Shown here: positions 18,851-29,732 of the stretch, piece after piece | Layout of the letters: each line of letters opens with the position of its first letter | How positions within the stretch are numbered: the first letter of the stretch is position 1 | Origin: Candidatus Poribacteria bacterium | GTDB taxonomy: Bacteria > Poribacteria > WGA-4E > WGA-3G | Reading direction: 5' to 3' | DNA length: 64,000 bases | Assembly (NCBI GenBank): GCA_965198235.1 | Contig: OZ240248.1 | Span: 4,032,001 to 4,096,000 of the forward strand | Position numbers and translations under genes: made by a program | Notes under the pieces: generated by a model | What the model was told of the DNA's origin: nothing | Databases searched by the model: none | Seen by the model: the letters and a program-made list of their open reading frames with translations, nothing else

Positions 18851-19050
18851 TTACGTTTTATTCTCTTGTGAGCATTCGGATTGCTCTGAGGTCTCATGTT
18901 CGCTTAGAGCCTTGTTCTGCTTTGATTTTAGGTTACCCTGAAATCCCACTTCGTGGGTTTCGTCCCAATAATCGGCAAGGCTATGTGTATCCCAAAATTC
19001 GCCGATTTCCTCTGGTGCTGCATTCGGAGGCGGTATTGGATCCCGTTTTT
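18851..19050 (-). pseudogene. CopG-like antitoxin fragment
   Basis: Manual translation RDPIPPPNAAPEEIGEFWDTHSLADYWDETHEV; no clear start codon. Confidence 0.55.
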
Positions 19051-19179
19051 TACCTTCTTTTTTATAATTTTTTTCGCTTTTCGGATTAGGTAGAATCGCT
19101 ACAGTTTTCCCGGTTATTTTCCGTATAACACTATATCATATTCTCCAGAATCTTTGTCATATTGTTTCCGATGCGTTAG

Positions 19180-19650
19180 GGAGATTTCGCTTTCTACACA
19201 GATGCCGCCCTTACAAGGCTAAAGATAGGAGGAACCAACATGCTGCTATAAACATATCGTCCCTATGGGACTAAAGACAAGCAGGATGACATCTTTCAAC
19301 ACATACGACTATCGGAAAGCGTCGCGATCGGGAGATCGCTCCTACAAGTGTTTGCTATTCAGTACAGTTAGGAAACCGCACCATAGGTGTCAATTTAGCG
19401 TGTCAATTGTGCCACAGGGTAATAGGTGCGGTCGTTCAGGATTTCTTAAAATCCGCGCAATCCGCGTCATCCGCGACAATCCGTGATTCAGACGAACAAC
19501 GCTTATCAGCTATCAGCGGCAGCAGTCAATCATGAGGTGTCTATAGTCCTGAAAATCCGCGAATCCCGTGAATCCCGGTTCAGACAATTAACACCGCACA
19601 TTACCGAATTAAATACTTAATCTTCATAAAACCGCACCTACCAATTTCGG
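19180..19650. repeat. Mosaic cluster of several intergenic repeat families
   Basis: GTAGGAG REP, AAACCGCACC x2, CCATAGGTGTCAATTT (inverted copy near 18307), AATCCGCG tandem units ending TTCAGAC, heptamer GCTATCA units. Confidence 0.7.
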
Positions 19651-19664
19651 GGTAAGGTTTGTTG

Positions 19665-20837
19665 TTACGGATTAACGACTTTATAGAGCTCTATCCCACC
19701 GTCACGAATCGTGTAGAGCGTCAGACCTTTGAGAGGATGTCGATTTTCATCAAAACGGGAGATAGCGGACGCGCCTTGATAATCGGTCGTGTTTGCCAAG
19801 GCATTCCGAACTGCATCGGGTTCCAGCGTCCCGGCATTCTTGATGGCGAGTGCCAGCAGTGCCATCGCATCGTAACCCCACGCCGAGGGACCGTCCGGCG
19901 GTTCCATATACATCGCGGTGTAAGCTGCAACAAAGGGTACCGCATCAGGAGAGTCTATACTGAAATCTCTGGTGAAGTAAGATTCCTCTAAAGGGGTATT
20001 GTCATCTAAAGTGCCGAGGAGTTTGTCCGGTTCATCCCAACCGTTGGTACCGATAAAGGTCGCGTCAATACCCATACGCCTCGCTTGTAATGCGAACAAG
20101 GGAATCTCTGGACTGAAACCGGCGATTAAGAGGACATCCGGTGCTCCAGCTTTAATCTTTGTCAACTGCGCGGTGAAGTCTCTATCACCGTGTTGATAGA
20201 TTTCACTGGCGACGAGTTCCCCACCGAGTTTCTGGAAATTCTCTTCAAAGGCATCTGCAACAGCACCGGAATATACATCACCGAATTGACGGATTGTTGC
20301 GGCGGTTTTGGCGTTCAGTTCGTCGGGGTTCAACGAGAATTGTGCTGTCGTCGCGCCCTGAACTGAAGAGGGAGCAACCGTAATAAACACGAATTCACCG
20401 GTAGACGTTACCTTCTCACCCGATGAACCCGTGATTATGGGTCGCCGAAGCTCGGTTACGACGGGTCCGATCTGCATGGAATTCGTCGAGAGTAGGGGAC
20501 CCAAGATAGCAACAACCCCTTCCTGCTCAATGAGTGTTCTGGCAATGCGGACGCTCTCCGTCGCATCTGGAAATTCACGTTCTCCTTGATTGTCCATAAC
20601 GATAAATTCGATCTGCATTCCGAGCAGTCCGCCACTGTTATTGACTTGCGCTTTTGCGAGTTCCGCACCTTTGGTGAAATTGGGGGCAAGTCCTGAGGGT
20701 TGAATCACACCGATTTTGATGGTAGACATAGCATCTGAGGTGGACGTACCGGGTGTGATGACGTGCTGGACTCGTTCGCATCCTGAAAGAGATATGACTA
20801 AGATTGCGATAAAAAGTAGAAAAGTTTTCGTGTTCAT
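19665..20837 (-). CDS. Branched-chain amino acid-type ABC substrate-binding lipoprotein
   Basis: Lipobox LSGC, IKIGVIQPSG, VNNSGGLLG, DFTAQLTKIK, GYDAM. Confidence 0.88.
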   Translation of the reverse strand: MNTKTFLLFIAILVISLSGCERVQHVITPGTSTSDAMSTIKIGVIQPSGLAPNFTKGAELAKAQVNNSGGLLGMQIEFIVMDNQGEREFPDATESVRIARTLIEQEGVVAILGPLLSTNSMQIGPVVTELRRPIITGSSGEKVTSTGEFVFITVAPSSVQGATTAQFSLNPDELNAKTAATIRQFGDVYSGAVADAFEENFQKLGGELVASEIYQHGDRDFTAQLTKIKAGAPDVLLIAGFSPEIPLFALQARRMGIDATFIGTNGWDEPDKLLGTLDDNTPLEESYFTRDFSIDSPDAVPFVAAYTAMYMEPPDGPSAWGYDAMALLALAIKNAGTLEPDAVRNALANTTDYQGASAISRFDENRHPLKGLTLYTIRDGGIELYKVVNP

Positions 20838-21385
20838 TACTGATTCCTTGTTTGAAAGGGAAACTGTTCGGCAACTACAAACCGGTCATCTGTTTCAGAT
20901 GAGCGATAGATGAGACTGATCGCTTCTATTTCACACCGGACCGGTTGCCATTCGGTTTGAAGTCGCTGCTGTTCGGTCCGAAGGGATCGGTGTTGGAATT
21001 GTCCAACCGAGAGGTGTGGATGAAATCCGCCAGCAAATCGCGCCGTGTCGTCATAATCCGGAAGATGCGTCATTAGCGTGGTGTGTAACTGCACGATTTC
21101 GTCTTCGGGTTCTGGAACTAAGAACATGGTACACGACTTTCGGTGGCGGAAAGCATCAAAGCGAGCGAGTTCAACAGAGAAAGGTGATACCTGTTGTGCG
21201 GCTTGTGTGAGAGCAGGGATAACCGATGCGAAATCGCGCCGCTCCGCGAATGGATAGAGCAGCGTTATGTGTGGCATCCATCGCACGAAGTTACGGTCGT
21301 GGGTTCGGCGGATGTCTTGGATAGGAGGCTGTACGGATTCCGGTGGGATGAGGACAACGGCAGTGGTGTGGGTTTTGTTGGGCAT
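20837..21385 (-). CDS. 2H phosphoesterase (2'-5' RNA ligase family)
   Basis: Two HxT/S motifs: PHITL and PHLSV. Confidence 0.85.
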   Translation of the reverse strand: MPNKTHTTAVVLIPPESVQPPIQDIRRTHDRNFVRWMPHITLLYPFAERRDFASVIPALTQAAQQVSPFSVELARFDAFRHRKSCTMFLVPEPEDEIVQLHTTLMTHLPDYDDTARFAGGFHPHLSVGQFQHRSLRTEQQRLQTEWQPVRCEIEAISLIYRSSETDDRFVVAEQFPFQTRNQ

Positions 21386-21397
21386 AAATGAAATAAT

Positions 21398-21475
21398 GGC
21401 TGTCAGCGGTCAGCAGTCAGCAGTCAGCAAAGAGGGATTCTTAAACGAAAACCCTCTTCTCTGAAAGCCAATGGA
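21398..21475. repeat. Heptamer tandem repeat (GCAGTCA/GCTATCA type) around a hairpin
   Basis: gctgtca gcggtca gcagtca gcagtca gca; related arrays near 22372, 54710, 55706-55798 and 56908. Confidence 0.7.
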
Positions 21476-21548
21476 AACAGACGATCATTATGGAAATAAA
21501 CGAAGGTACGGTTGGGAAACCGCACCGACAGTGATTAGCAGTTAACAA

Positions 21549-22349
21549 TCATCGACCGACGGACATCCCCCATCGTCCGCCGTCTACATGTATCGTTTGC
21601 CCTGTGATGTAAGAGGCATCCTTACTGAGAAGGAAAGCGATCGCTGATGCTATCTCTTCCGGTCCACAGCGGCGTTTCATAATGCAGGAATTGATCGGAG
21701 TCTCCTCCAATTCCTTCTTACGTGCGGCAGGATCGGGTGCTCTCCCGAAGTGCATCTCTGTGACAACCCAGCCAGGTGCGACGGCGTTAACGCGAATACC
21801 GTATTCGACGAATTCATAAGCCATTGTCTTCGTGAGAGAGACCAATGCGGATTTAATCGCATCGTAGACCCATCCGCCGGGTCTGCCGAGAAAACCACCC
21901 TCTGATGAGAGATTGACGATAGCAGCCCCTTCCTGTTTCAAAAGCGGTAACAGGTGCTGCGTAATCAGTACCCAGCCTCGGAGCCCGATCGCGGTTTCGG
22001 GTTGCCAATTTCGGATCCATGCGCCGTCTTCTATTGTGCCACCGCGCGCGATAGCGGCATTATTGACGAGGATGTGAAGCGCGGAAAACTTTTCGGCGAC
22101 AGCATGCGCGGCAACTTGGACGCTTTCATCATCAGCGAGATCAACTTCTACAAAAAGTGCCTTCCCACCTGCCTCTTGGATTTTGGAGACTGTTTGATGC
22201 GCCATTTCGGCGTTGTTATCGGCGATGATGACGTGCGCGCCTTCAGCTGCGAGACGGTTCGCCGTTGCTCTGCCGATGCCGGAGGCACCGCCTGTGATCA
22301 AGGCAACCTTATCTGTAAAACGGATTGTTCCCCATGGATTTGTTTGCAT
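21549..22349 (-). CDS. Short-chain dehydrogenase/reductase
   Basis: TGGASGIG, NNAA, YDAIK, VNAVAPG. Confidence 0.92.
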   Translation of the reverse strand: MQTNPWGTIRFTDKVALITGGASGIGRATANRLAAEGAHVIIADNNAEMAHQTVSKIQEAGGKALFVEVDLADDESVQVAAHAVAEKFSALHILVNNAAIARGGTIEDGAWIRNWQPETAIGLRGWVLITQHLLPLLKQEGAAIVNLSSEGGFLGRPGGWVYDAIKSALVSLTKTMAYEFVEYGIRVNAVAPGWVVTEMHFGRAPDPAARKKELEETPINSCIMKRRCGPEEIASAIAFLLSKDASYITGQTIHVDGGRWGMSVGR

Positions 22350-22513
22350 TATGTTGTTAGTCCTTTTATTTAGCCGTTAGCAATCAGCCATCGGCGGTCA
22401 GCAACCCCCCTTATCAGGGGGACAGAAGGCATGTCGTCAGGAGTCAGAAAAAATCGCGAGCATGAGGAAACACCCAAGCAAAAACACTCGCTTCTACACA
22501 GAAAGAGCAGTTT

Positions 22514-23287
22514 TTACACACCTGCGACGAATCCGCCATCAACGAGCAGAGAAGCACCGGTGATCCATTCGGCATCGTCGGAGGCGAGGAAGACCGAGGC
22601 TCGCCCGATGTCTCTGGGAAGACCGAAACGTGGCAAAGCGGTTTTTTCTAATGCTTCCTCAATTTGTTCGGGGGTGAGGTAGTCCTGAATTGCTGTCTCG
22701 ATGTAGCCGGGACAGATGGCATTGACGGTTATGCCGAATTGCCCGATTTCCAAGGCGGTATCTCGAACCATGTTGACGACAGCAGCTTTCGCCGGAGCAT
22801 ACGCAGGTCCTGCCCCCCCGCCATACGCGTGGACGGAGGCGATCTGAATAATTCTTCCAAATTTCGATTGTTTCAGGTGCGGAATGGCGAGTTTTGTAGC
22901 AACAAAGACCCCACGGAGGTTGACACCAACGACCCTGTCCCAATCAGCGATTGAGAGTTCCTGCACGCCACCGGGGATATGGATACCGGCGTTATTGACG
23001 AGAATGTCAAGCCCACCAAAATGTTCGACGGTTCGCTGAATTACGCGTGCGACCTGCGCTTCGTCAGCGACATCGGCTTGGAGGAATAGTCCCTCTGCGC
23101 CGAGCTTTTCGACTTCCGTGACAGTCGGGGTTGTGGTATCGGTTTCGTGGTATTTGCCACGGAGGGGTGTCTCCTGTTTATCGACGACAGCGACCCGCGC
23201 GCCCTCGCGGGCAAATTCGAGTGCGATGCCGCGCCCGATGCCTGAACTCCCGCCTGTTACAATGCAGATGCGATCCTCGAGTACCAT
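22514..23287 (-). CDS. Short-chain dehydrogenase/reductase
   Basis: TGGSSGIG, NNAG, YAPAK, VNAICPG. Confidence 0.92.
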   Translation of the reverse strand: MVLEDRICIVTGGSSGIGRGIALEFAREGARVAVVDKQETPLRGKYHETDTTTPTVTEVEKLGAEGLFLQADVADEAQVARVIQRTVEHFGGLDILVNNAGIHIPGGVQELSIADWDRVVGVNLRGVFVATKLAIPHLKQSKFGRIIQIASVHAYGGGAGPAYAPAKAAVVNMVRDTALEIGQFGITVNAICPGYIETAIQDYLTPEQIEEALEKTALPRFGLPRDIGRASVFLASDDAEWITGASLLVDGGFVAGV

Positions 23288-23298
23288 AAAACTCTACC

Positions 23299-23625
23299 TT
23301 AAGTTGCAATGACCTGCAGGTGCCCAACTTTTTCATCCGAAGGTGTGATATGAATTTCAATATTGCGGTTCAACTGATTTAGAATTGTGAACAGTTGGTC
23401 CACATTAAAATCAAAATCGCCTTTCAGTATTCGGGACACATCGGACGGATCGAGTCCAAAGCGTTTTTCTGCTGTTGCAGGAGTCAGTTTTAGTTCTTCA
23501 AGAAGGCGATAGATTTTAATCACAAGATCCACTCTTAGCTGCTCGCGTTCAGCTTCTGCTTTGGAGAAACCCATATCCAGAAATACGTTGCCAGAGCTCT
23601 CCTCAATTTTGACTTCTTCACTCAT
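23299..23625 (-). CDS. XRE-family HTH protein (HigA-like antitoxin, no adjacent toxin)
   Basis: SSGNVFLDMGF N-terminus, helix-turn-helix DVSRILKG. Confidence 0.8.
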   Translation of the reverse strand: MSEEVKIEESSGNVFLDMGFSKAEAEREQLRVDLVIKIYRLLEELKLTPATAEKRFGLDPSDVSRILKGDFDFNVDQLFTILNQLNRNIEIHITPSDEKVGHLQVIAT

Positions 23626-23681
23626 TTTTTCCTCTTCACATTTCTCATCGATTGATCCAAAATTCTACCTTTTTGTTGATA

Positions 23682-24208
23682 TTATACCCTATCCTCCAAA
23701 ATCCTTGCAACATTTTCAGCGATGCGTTCTTCAAGTTGGCGTGCTTCGGCATTTAAGACTTCTAATTCCTCGTTGAGTTCGCTAAACCGTTCTGCGAAGT
23801 CGAAATCATCAGGTGCTTGTTCGGCGACTCCGACATAACGCCCAGGGTTCAGACTCCATCAACTTGAGGGTTTTCCTCTTCTATTGCCTTCATAGCGTCA
23901 GTAATAGCTTGCCCAATGTTCTCGCTCTCTGGCAAACTGAGGAGGTACTGGAAACGAGCATTCTCTGGCAGGTAAAACACCCCGCGCGCTTGGTATTGTG
24001 TTCTTGGATCGGTCCGTCTGCGCCTGCTCGTAGAGGCTTCGCTGCTGATTTCTTGCTCAGCCTGCGTAAATTTATGATCAGCGTATCGTAGAAAAATAAG
24101 CCCGAGCACAGGTGTTGAGTATTCTGATGCCCGAAGGCGTGAATTGGCTCTGAGTTCATCGGCGGCACTCCAGAGTCTGTTTTCGATTTCTGCGAGGTTA
24201 GTGTTCAT
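23682..24208 (-). pseudogene. hsdM: Type I methyltransferase HsdM with the catalytic core deleted
   Basis: N-terminus [36 protein letters not shown] joined out of frame to the C-terminus [11 protein letters not shown]...LEERIAENV; no NPPF or SAM motif. Confidence 0.88.
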
Positions 24209-24278
24209 AATGTTCCTTTTCCGATGAAAATTGCTATAGGCGAGGTTAGAAACCTCGCCAGCAAGCATGAGCGAAAAC

Positions 24279-27200
24279 TTAGAAGTAAGATCTGCCGAGT
24301 GAGTTTCCAACACCGAATGCGTTGTAAGGCGCGCCAGCAGGCAAGGTGCGGAGTCCCCAAGTTTCAGTCGTTGCGTCATAACCGACACCCATCGAAACCG
24401 CAGGCTCCTGAATCAGATTCACCTGGAACGTGAAGTCCTGACGGACGTTGTTGTAGGGTGAGTCTTCGCGCTTAATTCCAATACGGTTCCAAGAGATGCG
24501 GAGGTTCCAATCGTGGAGATTGCGTGTCATACTAATGCGTTGTGAATAAAATTGCCCCTCGATAGGATAATAGATAAGACTCACGTCAAATTCGAGGTCT
24601 TGGCTAAAGCGGTAGCGTCCAGTGGCGGTAATCGCTCGAGAAGTCCGCCTTGAGGTATGCCGTTTGCTAAAAGAGTTTCCGAAACTGATATTCCAAGCCG
24701 GTCGGGTGTAGCGAATATTGGTACGGAACCCGACCATTTTAAATTGCTTTCCATCATCGGGATGTGGATTGGGGTCGTGTGTGAATCGGACGGTCATATT
24801 TAAGTTTCGACTCGGAAGCGGGACGAATGTGAAATCGCTCTCAATGGGTTCATATTTCCGCCTATACAAAGGGTCGAACTCCGTGAAATCGGCGGTGAGC
24901 CGGGTATCAAAATAGAAGACCCGGTGCGCCGACTGGCTCCGTCGGGTCTTGATCTCAAAGTTTGTATTGAAGTTATAGGTGAGTCTCTTCCGTTCATAGA
25001 AATAGGTGCTGGGACCGAAAGGATAGAGGTTCTCATCTTCATCAACAGCAGGCTGATAATTGAATCGAAGTGAGGATTGGATTTCGTGTCTCAACTTTCG
25101 GAGTCCAGGGATATAGTCGACGTTGAAGACACGGAAGAGCGTGTTTGTAGCAGATCCATTAAAGCTGAAAACACCTTTTACAATGTTCCTATTCTTCTCC
25201 TGGTCCTGGTCGTGCCATACCATGTTTGTGTTGAAATCAAGGCTCATTTGAAGTTCCCGCAAAGGCGTAATCAAAAGCGTTGACTGCTTACGGACATCGA
25301 ATCCGAGGTCCAGCGTCTGTAGATATACATCTCTCTCTTCACCCGCTTTACCCTTATAGACTTGTCTAAAGAAGTTACCGAATTCAATATCTAAGTCGAA
25401 ACTTGTGCTTTCAAGGGTTGGAACAGTAAATAGTGAGAGAAAAGGGCTTTCAGTTTTGAACTTTTCAGCAACGCTTTCCATACGTTCATTGAGACTACCA
25501 AAGAGTGGTAACGCACTCACACGCATCCGTGAGAAATTCACAGTGAGTTGTGGCAGTTTCTGTAGCAAGCTTGTGCCTTCATCCGTGAAATCGTGAACGT
25601 GTCGGACTTCGAGTCTACTGGTAATATCTCCGATTGTTTCCCGTGAAAACGTGAGGTTGTCGTTCTCGTCGCGATCCGTTAGAGAATCGGTAGATAAACC
25701 GGTTCCATAGGTGAGTATTCCGAAAGTGTTAAGCCTGGATTCTCCGGGGAGCTCCAGTTCTTCCTTAAAATTACGGGCTTGCAACTCTGTTCTACCGGTG
25801 AAATTGATGGGGCGTCTACCGGCTTCGCGGCTATCCCATGGGGTATAGAAGGATTGGGTGTGCCCCCATCGCATAATCCAACGTCTACCGATGCGTGTAG
25901 CATTCTGCCGCTCGTAGGAGTACCGGTCTGCGCCATAGAAATAGATGTCGCCTCGATAAGTTCGTTTCTTATCAACCTTGATGAGTCGGAACGACTTTTT
26001 GGTTTGAATAGGACGACTACTAAATTCACCGGCGTACAACCTTTGCGCATCTGAGGCCACGGCACTCGGATCTTCCCATCGTCCTCGAAAACCGTGTTTC
26101 CGGTAGACTTTGAGTTCGTCTTCGGCTTCGGCATCTTCTTCAGTGACGGGGTCTTCGGAAGCAACTTCGCCATCGGACTGATCGGAGGTCGTTTCGCCTT
26201 CTGCTTCATTCTCTGACTCGGGCTGCTCTACGCTCTGATTTTTATCAGTATCATCTGCCTCGGGCTGCTCCGCGCTCTGATTTTCATCAGTATCAGGTGT
26301 ACCAGCCTGTTGCGATGGCTCCTCTGATAGGGGAGAAACATCATCAGATTCTTGTGTTTGCGCATCTTCGGGTGTGTCCAGTCCTTCACTATCTTCCTCG
26401 GTTTTTTCCGGTGCAGGGTTCATCACGTCTTCGTAAAAAGCATCCCACTCCACCTCGAACTGTTCAGCGAGTGTCTCGAAAGATGGGGTCTCCTCTTTTT
26501 CAATCAATTGGAAAATGTAAATACCTTCAGGCATGGTGATAGGTCTACGCTCAGTAACGTCTCCCGGACTCTTTAAGCGTCTGACTGAGGGCCGCCATGA
26601 GGATTCCATCTCATTTAAGAGCAAGCCTTTCCCTTCATTAGGTTCGGATAAGGTCGGTTCGGCGATGTCCGCGAATTGATCAGGAACTTGTATAAGTTGT
26701 TCAAAAGGCTCACCTTCGTGGGCACGTTCGAGCATGTCATTTGCTAATTCGCGTAGGACATATTCTGTATCTTCGCTCGCGCTAATAGCAATGTCAATAC
26801 GACGGAGTTTAATTTCACGCTCGCCATAGACATCAACGACCCGCTCTGCTTTAAGGATGTGGAAGGCAGATTCAGTTTGGAGGATAGGGCTAATTTCGCC
26901 CTCTTGTAGTGCGAACACGGCTTCCTCTAAAACCGGATCAAGTTTGGGTTTGCCCTCCTCGTCAACTTCACCGGGAACGAGGAATCCCAGGTCACCGCCA
27001 TCGTAACGGGTGTCGAAGTGGTCAGAATCGCTCTGTGCGATTTGTGCGAAGTCAGCACCTTCTTCTTCGAGCTGCCTGAGGACTTCTTCTGCGCTATCTC
27101 TCGCACGATTGACATCATCGTCAGTGATTTTATATTCAATAAAAATTTGCCGCAGCCAATAGCGGTCGTATTCACCGTCAAGCCGGTCTTGTAATTCCTC

Positions 27201-28202
27201 TGCTTTTTCTTTTAACTTCGTGCGCTGGTTGGGTGTTACATCAGGTGGAATAGGGATATAGATTTCTTGAAACTGCGTATCATTGAATCGGTATTTACCT
27301 TCAAACCCGAACCCTTGTCCGCGTTTTGAACTCCTGTCGTAGAGCAACGCCCCATCATAACGGCGTTTGCGTGCCACAGGTAAGATAATACTGATGTTGG
27401 GACCCTGGTAACTATCCGTCCCAATTTTAACGATAATTTTTGCGATCTTACCTTTCCGTATGTCTCGGCGCATGACCGGAAAATAGAAGAGTGGGAACCC
27501 ACCAATGCGTAAAACGATATTTTTGGCGATCATCTCCTGATCCTTTCGGACAATGACTTCGGAGACACTAAAATAATAGTGCGGATATTTCAGTGAGCAG
27601 GTCGTCAGGGATGCACCGCGGATATAGGAGCGGTCTTCCTGTATTTTAAAGATTTCACTGCCGCCGAAGTACCACGGGTCGCTGAATGTAAACCCATCCC
27701 GAGCGATTCCTTTTTTGGTTTCGAGGTTGAAGATGAGTTCATCAGAGTAAGTTTCTTCGTCCCCCATCTTTAGGTGGACGTTCCCGGATGCGCGCAGCAG
27801 ATTCTCATCAAAGTCTGCCCAGACGTGGTCTGCTCGGAGAATGACATCTTCAAATTTGATAAGGGCATTTCCGTGAATTTGAACGAAATTATCAATCATA
27901 GCCAGATCGTCGCCATCGCCGATTACCATGCCTTCTTCAGGCACATCTGTTTCCGGATTCAACCGCTCTGAGCCAGACCCCTCCTCCTGTGATCCCTCCT
28001 CCTGTGTCTGATCCGTGGATTCGGGGACCTCTGTTTCAGACACCGGTGGTTCAACAGGTTGCGCCTCTTGCGCGACACTGAACCCAACTGGGCAAAGGAG
28101 ACACGCGATGACTAACAGCACCAGTGCTATACACTCAATTCCGGGCATTGGGATAAGGAAGGCGTGATGTTGGTTTTCTAATTTACCTTGCGGATAAGTC
28201 AT
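24279..28202 (-). CDS. lptD: LPS-assembly protein LptD-like with inserted parvulin (PpiC) domains
   Basis: Signal peptide, OstA jellyroll (LRADHV, ASGNVHL, LTTCS..PHYYF, PLFYFP), beta-strand-rich C-terminal half ending YF; internal GGDLGFL...[24 protein letters not shown]. Confidence 0.8.
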   Translation of the reverse strand: MTYPQGKLENQHHAFLIPMPGIECIALVLLVIACLLCPVGFSVAQEAQPVEPPVSETEVPESTDQTQEEGSQEEGSGSERLNPETDVPEEGMVIGDGDDLAMIDNFVQIHGNALIKFEDVILRADHVWADFDENLLRASGNVHLKMGDEETYSDELIFNLETKKGIARDGFTFSDPWYFGGSEIFKIQEDRSYIRGASLTTCSLKYPHYYFSVSEVIVRKDQEMIAKNIVLRIGGFPLFYFPVMRRDIRKGKIAKIIVKIGTDSYQGPNISIILPVARKRRYDGALLYDRSSKRGQGFGFEGKYRFNDTQFQEIYIPIPPDVTPNQRTKLKEKAEELQDRLDGEYDRYWLRQIFIEYKITDDDVNRARDSAEEVLRQLEEEGADFAQIAQSDSDHFDTRYDGGDLGFLVPGEVDEEGKPKLDPVLEEAVFALQEGEISPILQTESAFHILKAERVVDVYGEREIKLRRIDIAISASEDTEYVLRELANDMLERAHEGEPFEQLIQVPDQFADIAEPTLSEPNEGKGLLLNEMESSWRPSVRRLKSPGDVTERRPITMPEGIYIFQLIEKEETPSFETLAEQFEVEWDAFYEDVMNPAPEKTEEDSEGLDTPEDAQTQESDDVSPLSEEPSQQAGTPDTDENQSAEQPEADDTDKNQSVEQPESENEAEGETTSDQSDGEVASEDPVTEEDAEAEDELKVYRKHGFRGRWEDPSAVASDAQRLYAGEFSSRPIQTKKSFRLIKVDKKRTYRGDIYFYGADRYSYERQNATRIGRRWIMRWGHTQSFYTPWDSREAGRRPINFTGRTELQARNFKEELELPGESRLNTFGILTYGTGLSTDSLTDRDENDNLTFSRETIGDITSRLEVRHVHDFTDEGTSLLQKLPQLTVNFSRMRVSALPLFGSLNERMESVAEKFKTESPFLSLFTVPTLESTSFDLDIEFGNFFRQVYKGKAGEERDVYLQTLDLGFDVRKQSTLLITPLRELQMSLDFNTNMVWHDQDQEKNRNIVKGVFSFNGSATNTLFRVFNVDYIPGLRKLRHEIQSSLRFNYQPAVDEDENLYPFGPSTYFYERKRLTYNFNTNFEIKTRRSQSAHRVFYFDTRLTADFTEFDPLYRRKYEPIESDFTFVPLPSRNLNMTVRFTHDPNPHPDDGKQFKMVGFRTNIRYTRPAWNISFGNSFSKRHTSRRTSRAITATGRYRFSQDLEFDVSLIYYPIEGQFYSQRISMTRNLHDWNLRISWNRIGIKREDSPYNNVRQDFTFQVNLIQEPAVSMGVGYDATTETWGLRTLPAGAPYNAFGVGNSLGRSYF

Positions 28203-28358
28203 AGCCTCTGGGAATTTAACGGTTTCCGTGTTCGAGTCGCCTGATCCGTTGTTGCAGGCTTGGGTTTTGGTGCTGTACCATACATATCTTTATTTCAGTT
28301 GCGACTTAACCAGAAACCTGCTCGTAATGAAATGGAGAGCAGCCCAGGGGGCCATAAA

Positions 28359-29666
28359 TTAAAAATCTTTCAGTTCAATTCTAACGTAAGCGTTTTCAAG
28401 AAGTTTGTTGGTATATGCGTCCCATTCCTCTTGGAACCGCTGCTGGCGGAGTATTGAAGTGATCTGTCGTTTTTCTGTCTCACTGAGATTCGGACTATTT
28501 CGCTCATCGACCTTAAAGATGTGAAGACCTGATTCAGTTTCGTGGGGTTGACTGTAAGTATCAGGTTCGAGTGCTTCAATGATTGTCCGAGTCTTAGGAT
28601 TGAGTTCCGTTAAGGAGCGGACCCCGAGGTCCCCACCGTTATCTCGCGTTTCAGTATCGTCGGAATGTGCCACTGCAAGTGTGTTGAAATCTTCGCTGTT
28701 TTCCAGTTTTTTGAAAACTTCAACAATACGCTCGCGTGCCTCCTGCATAGCCTGTGCGCCCGGTGTGAGCGGAACAATGAGATACCGAAATGCAATCATC
28801 TTATCGGTTTTCATTTCGACAATGAAAACATAGAGTCCCTCGTTTCCCTCAACCGGCTCGCTGAGTTTGCCAGCCTCCAAGTTTGTGAGCACGTTTTGAA
28901 ATATCTTTGGAAATCTCTCGAGCTCCTCAGTCGTAGCTTCTATGAGAATTCCTGCTTGTGAACTTGGGTTCTGCTTAGAGGTGTATCGTTGTGCGACCTC
29001 CTCAAACTTCGTGCCATCTGTTGTGATTTCATTGAGAGCTTCATTAACAATTTCAAACGCGGCATCCCGGTCGGCTTGATTCGGTTTAAAGGCGACAAAA
29101 ATGTGCCGCAAATGGACCTTATCTGTTTTAGTGGGCAGTTGGTCCCGATTTTCCTCAAAAAACTTTTGGATCTCGCGCTCTCGCACTTGCAATCGCGGGA
29201 CAATTCTTCCCATGACCAGCTTCTCTGCTTTCAGGTTTCGCTCTGACTGCTCCCGAAACGCTACGAGTGTCATACCCTCTCTGTTTAATTGCTTTTTAAA
29301 CTCCTCATCTGTTTCAATTTCATATCTCTTTTTAAAGTCTTGAATGTACTGCTCAATTTCTACGTCGCTGACGGTAACTTTCAGGGTTAGTGCGGCTTCC
29401 AAAAGGAGCATTTGCCTGATAAGTCGGTCAAGTAACTGAGACCTTTGTCGCTCAGCCTCGTTGAGTGCCTCCCGTTCGCTGAAACGATAAACTTGCTGGA
29501 GTTCCATGGCGCGCTGATTCACTAAGACATCAAGTTCTCGCTTGGTCACGACATCGTCATTAACGTAAGCGATGATTCTGTCAAATGTGCGAGCAACACT
29601 ACTCCGCACACCACTGCCGATGAGTAGTAGAATGAGCATGAAATAGGCAGCTACTTTGTAAGCCAT
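28359..29666 (-). CDS. surA: SurA-like chaperone/peptidyl-prolyl isomerase
   Basis: DRIIAYVNDDVVT SurA N-domain, VHLRHIF, HSDD..NGGDLG parvulin motifs; adjacent to lptD. Confidence 0.85.
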   Translation of the reverse strand: MAYKVAAYFMLILLLIGSGVRSSVARTFDRIIAYVNDDVVTKRELDVLVNQRAMELQQVYRFSEREALNEAERQRSQLLDRLIRQMLLLEAALTLKVTVSDVEIEQYIQDFKKRYEIETDEEFKKQLNREGMTLVAFREQSERNLKAEKLVMGRIVPRLQVREREIQKFFEENRDQLPTKTDKVHLRHIFVAFKPNQADRDAAFEIVNEALNEITTDGTKFEEVAQRYTSKQNPSSQAGILIEATTEELERFPKIFQNVLTNLEAGKLSEPVEGNEGLYVFIVEMKTDKMIAFRYLIVPLTPGAQAMQEARERIVEVFKKLENSEDFNTLAVAHSDDTETRDNGGDLGVRSLTELNPKTRTIIEALEPDTYSQPHETESGLHIFKVDERNSPNLSETEKRQITSILRQQRFQEEWDAYTNKLLENAYVRIELKDF

Positions 29667-29732
29667 GTGAACGCCTCCATTATTGTAGGGATGAGGCGCG
29701 ATCGTCAGATCGCGCCTCAATTACGGAAAAGG

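Noticed and set aside
20837-21385. 2H phosphoesterase as a defence-signalling component because it lies within the R-M scaffold
   Set aside because: It is coupled to a substrate-binding protein and lies downstream of SDR genes; no cyclase or effector is nearby
24209-24388. N-terminal extension of the hsdM ORF in the ORF track
   Set aside because: Overlaps the lptD 3' end and a repeat; HsdM similarity begins at the ATG at 24208, which has an AGGA RBS
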